Below are positions 58,546 to 64,000 of a stretch of 64,000 bases of DNA, piece after piece; positions within the stretch are counted from its first letter, which is position 1; each line of letters begins with the position of its first letter. The notes under the pieces are model-generated. The model saw only the letters and a list, made by a program, of their open reading frames with translations, ran no database searches and was not told where the DNA came from. The position numbers were made by a program, and so were the translations under genes. Origin of the DNA: Terriglobia bacterium (lineage in GTDB: Bacteria > Acidobacteriota > Terriglobia > 20CM-2-55-15); assembly GCA_963664115.2 (NCBI GenBank), contig CAXWPJ010000010.1, positions 352,001 to 416,000 of the forward strand, given 5' to 3'.

Positions 58546-58611
58546 CGACCGCAGATCCGTGTCGTTCTGAACTGGTTTGAAGAACTGAAAGACCGGGTGC
58601 CGGTTCCATAG
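58546..58611 (+). pseudogene. Ser/Thr kinase C-terminal remnant 2
   Basis: RPQIRVVLNWFEELKDRVPVP*, followed by the same bulged hairpin as remnant 1. Confidence 0.7.
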
Positions 58612-58727
58612 ATGACCATGAAAATGATTCTCAAGTCCTGTAAATCATCTTCTCGGACATTGAGAACTGTAATTCCTGAAAACTGCTATGAATTGGGCCT
58701 GGCTTCCTGTCAGACGTTGCGATGTGC

Positions 58728-58768
58728 CCGAAGTGCTTTCGGAAGGTTACGGACAAGACGTTGGTCGA
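58728..58768 (+). repeat. ~41-bp dispersed repeat (other copies at 59245-59285, 59457-59494, and 61098-61110 + 62505-62533 split by IS256)
   Basis: Consensus CCGAAGTGCTTTCGG.AGGTTACGGA.AAGACGTTGGT.GA. Confidence 0.7.
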
Positions 58769-59021
58769 ACTGTATGGGCTCTGGTCCTCAATTGGCGAAG
58801 CTGTTCATAACTATAATTATTGTATTTACTACAACTTAGCTAGAATTTGGTCTGTTTTTCCTCTCGTGTTCAATTATGTCCCCGAACTATGCTTCCGCCG
58901 AACGCAGAGTTCCTACGATGGGTGACGAGGCGTTTGGCTTCTTTTCGGAGGAGTTCAAAATGGGCGTGAGCCTTAGGATGCACGCTCTAATAAGTATGCT
59001 TATTGTCAGGAGGACAACAGG

Positions 59022-59165
59022 ATGGAACCGAAGAATATCGAAGGATTCGAGCTCGAACTTGAAATTAAAGTAGAAGAATTAGAAGAGCGCATCGCTCCCG
59101 GCGAGTTGGTTTGGCCCTTCCCTGGTGGCGGCAAAGGCAAAGGCGGAGGCCACGGCGGTCGCTAA
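59022..59165 (+). CDS. 47-aa peptide, putative RiPP-like precursor or secreted peptide
   Basis: AGGAGG RBS; MEPKNIEGFELELEIKVEELEERIAPGELVWPFPGGGKGKGGGHGGR*; own terminator; below the ORF-track cutoff. Confidence 0.75.
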   Translation: MEPKNIEGFELELEIKVEELEERIAPGELVWPFPGGGKGKGGGHGGR

Positions 59166-59173
59166 AGCATTCT

Positions 59174-59210
59174 GTGAATCCCCTGTCGCTTGACAGGGGA
59201 TTCGCTTTTT
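59174..59210 (+). terminator. Rho-independent terminator
   Basis: GTGAATCCCCTGTC-GCTT-GACAGGGGATTCGC followed by TTTTT. Confidence 0.85.
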
Positions 59211-59296
59211 CTCCTCCCACTTGCTGTCTGAACCCGCGAAATGCCCGAAATGCTTTCGGGAGGTTGACGAAAAAAGTCTGATGGGCATGGTGCTTT

Positions 59297-59458
59297 ATGA
59301 AGTGCCCCAGGTGTGACTCGGAAGACGTTCGGCGTTCTCGCCGTAGCTTACTAGATCGGTACGCTCGCTTCTTTCTCCTTCCATTCCGTTGCCGAAATTG
59401 CAATAGGCGATTCTACCGCTTTCGTTTCCTGCTCTCGCAACCGACAGCGAAACATTAA
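59297..59458 (+). CDS. 53-aa basic zinc-ribbon protein
   Basis: MKCPRCDSEDVRRSRRSLLDRYARFFLLPFRCRNCNRRFYRFRFLLSQPTAKH*; two CxxC pairs. Confidence 0.6.
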   Translation: MKCPRCDSEDVRRSRRSLLDRYARFFLLPFRCRNCNRRFYRFRFLLSQPTAKH

Positions 59459-59732
59459 GTGCTTCAGAGAGGTTACGGAGAAGAGGCTGGTGGAGCCAAA
59501 GTGATTCTCAACTTCCGCGAAGGTCGTTTGAACTAAGCCGCTGGCGCGGCGGACACGTTGCGTGCGTGGTCGAGGACCTTGCCTGACCGAGAGAGGGTTT
59601 CGCGTTGTTACCGTTTGGAAAGTTCCCGGAGGTAACGGCTCGTGACGGTTACGTGGACGAGTTCGAGCTGCCACTGACGAAAGCTCTGGGCGCTCGACTT
59701 CTTGGCGAATGTTACCGCGACCTAAATGGGGG

Positions 59733-60935
59733 CTACATGTTGAGTCCTTCGCTGATCCGGCGAGCCCACCCCAACGAATCTAGGTAGTGGCTCCGAATTG
59801 TCATGGGCGGGAGGTCCTTGTAACGAACCTGATCCCACTCACCCCGCTCGTAAGCAAGCACACACTGGAGCGCGTCGCCAAGAGATCCTTCCGAGCGTAT
59901 CAACGCGGATTTGATTTCACTCGAAACGGGAATATCTCCGAGCGCCTCTTCCATGGGACAATCCATCAGAGCGTCGAGAACTGACAACAGACCGACCGTA
60001 AAGAACGTCTCTCGTGGCCCCTCGTCTGCTGAAGAAGCCAGTCTTTCGCACATAGCGGCCCGCACGATTGCCGTGGTCATAAGCTCGGGCGGCTTATCCT
60101 CCATCTTGCAAAACATCAGAAGGCTCGCCCATACGCGAATCCGCTCGATTCCAACCATCTTGACAGCGTGGTTGATTGACTTCATAGGCCGATCCAGCCC
60201 CATGAAAGCGGAGTTCGCAAAGCGCAACAACTTGTAGCTAAGCGTAACGTCGGCGCTAATCGTTGCCTCCAGTTCGTTCGAGCTGACGTCCGGGTTCTGG
60301 AGATTCGCTAAGACCCGCAACGCGCCCAGGCGACTGACGGATATAATCGTGGCTTCGCCGTTAGGTGTACAGAAGAAGTTTCCCCGGTACATGTCGAAGT
60401 TGTGCTGCTGGCACAACTCGAATTGTTTATAGGTATCGACATGGTCGGCCAGCAACTGGATGTTGGGACGGGATAACCGATCGACCTGCTTGGCCAGTTC
60501 GTCATCATTCAAATCAAGAACGTTGATCCGAACAATATCCGCAATCGACCGTCCGTTTCCGTTCAAGGACTCGAGCATCGTGCTTCCGACCGCGATCTTG
60601 AATCCCATTCTGGACAACTCAAGAAGCGCATCCGTGAAGGCGGTGTCGGAGACAATATCATCGAGCACCTCCAACACAACCCGGCGCTTTGAAAGAGACA
60701 GACAATGCCCGGCGATCACGGCTTCACGGGATACGCTCACGAAGGCTTGATGGTCCCCAACAATCTGATCGAGACGATCTTCGGTAAAAGTGCCCAGATC
60801 GTCACGTAGAGTGTCCAGCTCGCCGGCCGTGGGGAGAGGTCCTCTGTGTTCACGGGGCTGTGAAACGAGTGCGTAGGCTCGCAACCGCACGTTGGACTTG
60901 TATATTGGTTTTCGACTAACGTGTGGTTTTTTCAT
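59733..60935 (-). CDS. Degenerate EAL + HDOD domain signalling protein
   Basis: VSRKPIY, VVLEVLD, RGNFFCTP, DVTLSYKLLRFANSA, RAAMCE, FFTVGLLSVLDAL, AYERGEW. Confidence 0.85.
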   Translation of the reverse strand: MKKPHVSRKPIYKSNVRLRAYALVSQPREHRGPLPTAGELDTLRDDLGTFTEDRLDQIVGDHQAFVSVSREAVIAGHCLSLSKRRVVLEVLDDIVSDTAFTDALLELSRMGFKIAVGSTMLESLNGNGRSIADIVRINVLDLNDDELAKQVDRLSRPNIQLLADHVDTYKQFELCQQHNFDMYRGNFFCTPNGEATIISVSRLGALRVLANLQNPDVSSNELEATISADVTLSYKLLRFANSAFMGLDRPMKSINHAVKMVGIERIRVWASLLMFCKMEDKPPELMTTAIVRAAMCERLASSADEGPRETFFTVGLLSVLDALMDCPMEEALGDIPVSSEIKSALIRSEGSLGDALQCVLAYERGEWDQVRYKDLPPMTIRSHYLDSLGWARRISEGLNM

Positions 60936-61110
60936 GCCTTCTTCCCGACCGGGCAGGGTTCAAGTCCTCCGTGATTTGTTGGCCACCTTCGGTGAGGCGC
61001 TGTCGCCTGAGTTTTCTGCCTACTGGCGTTCGAGCCTCGACACCTTACCTATCGGAAAATTGACTTACTATCTTTACTATAAAAACTGTACCGTCTACCG
61101 AAGTGCTTTT

Positions 61111-62495
61111 GAGTTATTGTCAAAAGTGGTGTTTAGGAGATTGATTCAAGCGGCGGCCTGATCGACTTGTGTCGCTTCGACACCATCGTTGAATTTCACT
61201 CCGATGATTACCTTGCTCAGATCATCGAATCCTCGTAATCGTCGCCAATTGTTCTCAGCGCACTGGCCCAGTTTGAACATCATGTGCAGCATGCCATCCC
61301 GTGTCAGGCAACCTCTGGATCGCTTCGTTCGGTGTCGAATGGTGGCAAAGGTCGACTCAATGGGATTCGTCGTTCTGATGCTCTGCCAGTGCTTGGCCGG
61401 AAAGTCGTAAAAGGCCAGCAGTTCCTCTCTGTCTTTCTGCAGGCAGAGTGTGGCTTTCGGATACTTCGGTTCATAGGTTTCAATGAACAAGTCGAATGCC
61501 TTCTCGGCGTCTGCCTTCGTCTCGGCCTGCCAGATCGAGTGCAGGGCCTGTTTCGCCTTCGCCTGGACCGACTTGGGCAGGCAGTTGAGGACGTTCATGA
61601 CTTTGTGCATCCAGCAACGTTGTTGACGTGTCTCGGGATAGATTTCCTCCAGTGCGGCCCAGAACCCCATCGCACCGTCACCGATGGCCAACTTCGGAAC
61701 ATTCATCCCACGGGACTTCAGCTTCAACAAGACCTCGCGCCAACTCTGTGTCGATTCCCGTACACCGTCTTCGATCGCCAGGAAACGCTTCTCTCCGCGT
61801 TCATTCACGCCGATCACGACCAATGCACACAACTTGGTTTGTTCCGCCCGAAGTCCGCTGTAGATGCCGTCGGCCCAGACATAGACCCAGCGATCTGCAT
61901 CCAAACGCTCCTCGCATCCGAGGCGGTACTGTTCGCCCCAAACCTGTTTCAACCGCGATACCGTGCTCGCCGACAGACCCTGCGCCTGGGGACCGACAAG
62001 AACTTTTAGGGCCTCACCCATCTCGCCGCTGGAAACGCCTTTCAAATACAACCACGGCACCGCTGCTTCCAGCGACTTCGTCTTCCGAATGTACGGTGGT
62101 ACCAGGGCCGATCGGAACGTCACAGCTTCGCCCGTCTTGGCACGGACCTTCGGGATTTGGACTGTTACCGGACCCAATCCCGTCTGCAGTTCGCGTTCCG
62201 GCAGATAACCGTTGCGTACCACCCCGGCGTTTCCTGTCTCAGTTCGCCGGCCACCGTGCTGGGATAGCAGCTCTGCCAATTCGGCTTCCACTGCGCGTTG
62301 GATCAGTTGCTGTGCCCCAACTCGTAGTAGTTCTGTTACTGGATCCTCAATCGTTTCTCGACCTTCCGGTCCATTCACGTTACTCTTGCTCACAGTGGCG
62401 TATCTCCTATGGTTGCTTTGAAGTTTTGTCACAACAAATCAACCAGATACGCCGCTCTTATTCAATCCCTCAAACACCAGATTCGGTTATAACTC
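61111..62495 (-). mobile_element. IS256 family insertion sequence
   Basis: TIRs GAGTTATTGTCAAAAGTGGTGTTT / GAGTTATAACCGAATCTGGTGTTT; 9-bp TSD AGTGCTTTT (61102-61110, 62496-62504). Confidence 0.9.
61146..62393 (-). CDS. IS256 family transposase
   Basis: RNGYLPER, LYLKGVSSG, YVWADGI, AIGDGAMGFW, QRCWMHK, IRTTNPIES; AGGAGA RBS before GTG. Confidence 0.95.
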   Translation of the reverse strand: MSKSNVNGPEGRETIEDPVTELLRVGAQQLIQRAVEAELAELLSQHGGRRTETGNAGVVRNGYLPERELQTGLGPVTVQIPKVRAKTGEAVTFRSALVPPYIRKTKSLEAAVPWLYLKGVSSGEMGEALKVLVGPQAQGLSASTVSRLKQVWGEQYRLGCEERLDADRWVYVWADGIYSGLRAEQTKLCALVVIGVNERGEKRFLAIEDGVRESTQSWREVLLKLKSRGMNVPKLAIGDGAMGFWAALEEIYPETRQQRCWMHKVMNVLNCLPKSVQAKAKQALHSIWQAETKADAEKAFDLFIETYEPKYPKATLCLQKDREELLAFYDFPAKHWQSIRTTNPIESTFATIRHRTKRSRGCLTRDGMLHMMFKLGQCAENNWRRLRGFDDLSKVIIGVKFNDGVEATQVDQAAA

Positions 62496-62684
62496 AGTGC
62501 TTTTGGGGAGATTACTGAGAAGACGTTGGTGGAGGGAGCGTAATTCAAACTACCACCTTCCCAGTTCCCTTGACTCCCCTCCGGCCCGTCCATAGAGTCA
62601 CAGCATAGAAATCACGCTTGATATTGAAATCGAAGAGTTGGAATGCCACGTCGGCGAGCCGATTCCCGAAATTAGGAGGTAACG

Positions 62685-63335
62685 ATGTCGATTGTGTTGA
62701 GCTTGACTCTGATACTTATCCCATTGGCGCAAAGTCGCGATGATGTGAGCGAACGCCTCGACGAGGCCGCCGAGGTCTTTAGTGAACTTCTGAACGCGCC
62801 CGATGCCGACGTGCCCGAGGGGTTGCTCGAAGATGCCGAATGCGTCGCGGTGATCCCCGACGTTCGGAGAGCGGCATTTGGATTCGGCGGCCAGTCGGGG
62901 CGCGGTGCAGCATCCTGCCGAACGGATGGAGGCTGGAGCGCTCCTTCTATGCTCGCTCTGGACGGGGGGAGTTTTGGCTTTCAGATCGGAGTCAGCTCGT
63001 CCGACGTAGTCCTGCTCTTCATGGCCGATGACAGCGTCGAGCACCTGCTCGAGAACGAGGTGACCTTGGGTGGGGATGCCAGCGTTGCGGCTGGCCCGAA
63101 GGGCCGGGACCTCGGCGCCGATACGAACCTGACGTTTCAGGCCGAAATCCTTTCGTACAGCCGAAGCCGTGGCCTATTTGCGGGGATCGCGATCGAAGGT
63201 GCCTCGATGCGACCCGACCGGGATGCGAACGAAGTGCTGTACGGCCGGGAGATCTCGCCTGCGGAAATCCTTATGGAAGGAACGCCCGTGCCCGAACTGG
63301 CGACGCGATTCATTGAAGCGTTGCGATCAAACTGA
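62685..63335 (+). CDS. SYLF/Ysc84 lipid-binding domain protein, exported
   Basis: AGGAGG RBS; GWSAPS..L.GGSFGFQIG, LGGDASVAAGP.GR, SYSRSRGLFAGI, ANEVLYG. Confidence 0.9.
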   Translation: MSIVLSLTLILIPLAQSRDDVSERLDEAAEVFSELLNAPDADVPEGLLEDAECVAVIPDVRRAAFGFGGQSGRGAASCRTDGGWSAPSMLALDGGSFGFQIGVSSSDVVLLFMADDSVEHLLENEVTLGGDASVAAGPKGRDLGADTNLTFQAEILSYSRSRGLFAGIAIEGASMRPDRDANEVLYGREISPAEILMEGTPVPELATRFIEALRSN

Positions 63336-63636
63336 GCTTCGTTCGTCGGCTTCGTGTCTCGGTGTTGAATGCTCTACTTCCGCGTCTCGATTCCTCTTTC
63401 AAGTGGGTACACGTATCCCTCAGTTCCTAATTCTGGAAGTTCAAGTCCTGAGAAATCATCTTGTCGGACATTGAGAATTTCAGCGAACGGAAGCTAGAAC
63501 GCAGCCCGACGCTACCCCTACGTTGCCCCAAGGACACGCGCGTAGCCTGTAACCAGTTGATTCCGTGGTGCTAAATGTTTTGAATCTACTGACAACTAGT
63601 CAGCTTCCTGCCGAATGGCTGGATTTCGAGGCGCCA

Positions 63637-64000
63637 CTACTTGGTGGGCGCGCCCGACAAGTGGTATTCGTTCCCTAATTCCTCTGTTCCGCCCATCTCC
63701 AACGTCTTGCCATCCGCGAACTCGACGCGCACGATGCGTCCCACGGGTTTCCCACTCTTGGCCGGTTGTACAGTGACGGTAACCTGATCCCCAGGTTTCA
63801 GGGAGTTCTTCCTCCAGCCGGCATCAATCATGTTGGCCGGAGCCCTAGTCTCCGCAACCCACTGCACCACCTCGCTGCTGTCGGTCTTTACGTCGAACTT
63901 CAGGAGACAGTGCGGGTTGGCCCAGAACCATTCCGTGACCGTCCCCTCAATCGTGAGATTTTTCCCGGTCTCAAAAGCCGCCCCGCTGTGGTGTGCGAAC
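63637..64000 (-). CDS. DUF6152 family protein (5' end outside window)
   Basis: FAHHSGAAFE...IEGTVTEWFWANPHCLL...W.AE...LKPGDQVTV. Confidence 0.78.
   Translation of the reverse strand, partial: FAHHSGAAFETGKNLTIEGTVTEWFWANPHCLLKFDVKTDSSEVVQWVAETRAPANMIDAGWRKNSLKPGDQVTVTVQPAKSGKPVGRIVRVEFADGKTLEMGGTEELGNEYHLSGAPTK

Overview
This is a GC-rich bacterial window whose gene families (Acidobacterial VWA protein, DUF6152, 'NWFEELK' Ser/Thr kinase tails, SYLF protein) suggest Acidobacteriota; the taxonomy is inference. The left part (1-19.3 kb) is mostly housekeeping: clpC 5' end, lolCD-type ABC, typA, lysS, nusB, ribH, crotonase, cyclophilin, pgsA, wecB. The first 23.4 kb carry nine copies of a ~105-190 bp long-inverted-repeat element with (CGCAAAG[G/A])n arms, eight of them intergenic. 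The ninth encloses an entire GxxExxY PD-(D/E)XK nuclease gene. Two single-function cargos (BrnTA, Uma2) sit between duplicated gene-3'-end + hairpin units. Together these are the best candidate for an undescribed mobile or cargo-capture system. At 19.4-26.8 kb is a two-peptide double-glycine bacteriocin-like cluster: bEBP, ECF sigma, two precursors, ABC immunity pair, C39 PCAT (1-bp frameshift) and HlyD. The right part (26.9-64 kb) is accessory and decaying. It holds IS1380, IS630 and IS256, remnants of IS3/IS30/IS6, a pseudo-tRNA-Val, HicBA, an ORF-less RmInt1-like group II intron plus a second intron fragment, shattered Ser/Thr kinase genes tagged by a bulged hairpin, an unannotated 47-aa 'LEERIAP' peptide and several broken genes. 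All coordinates and alignments were read by eye; no database searches were run.
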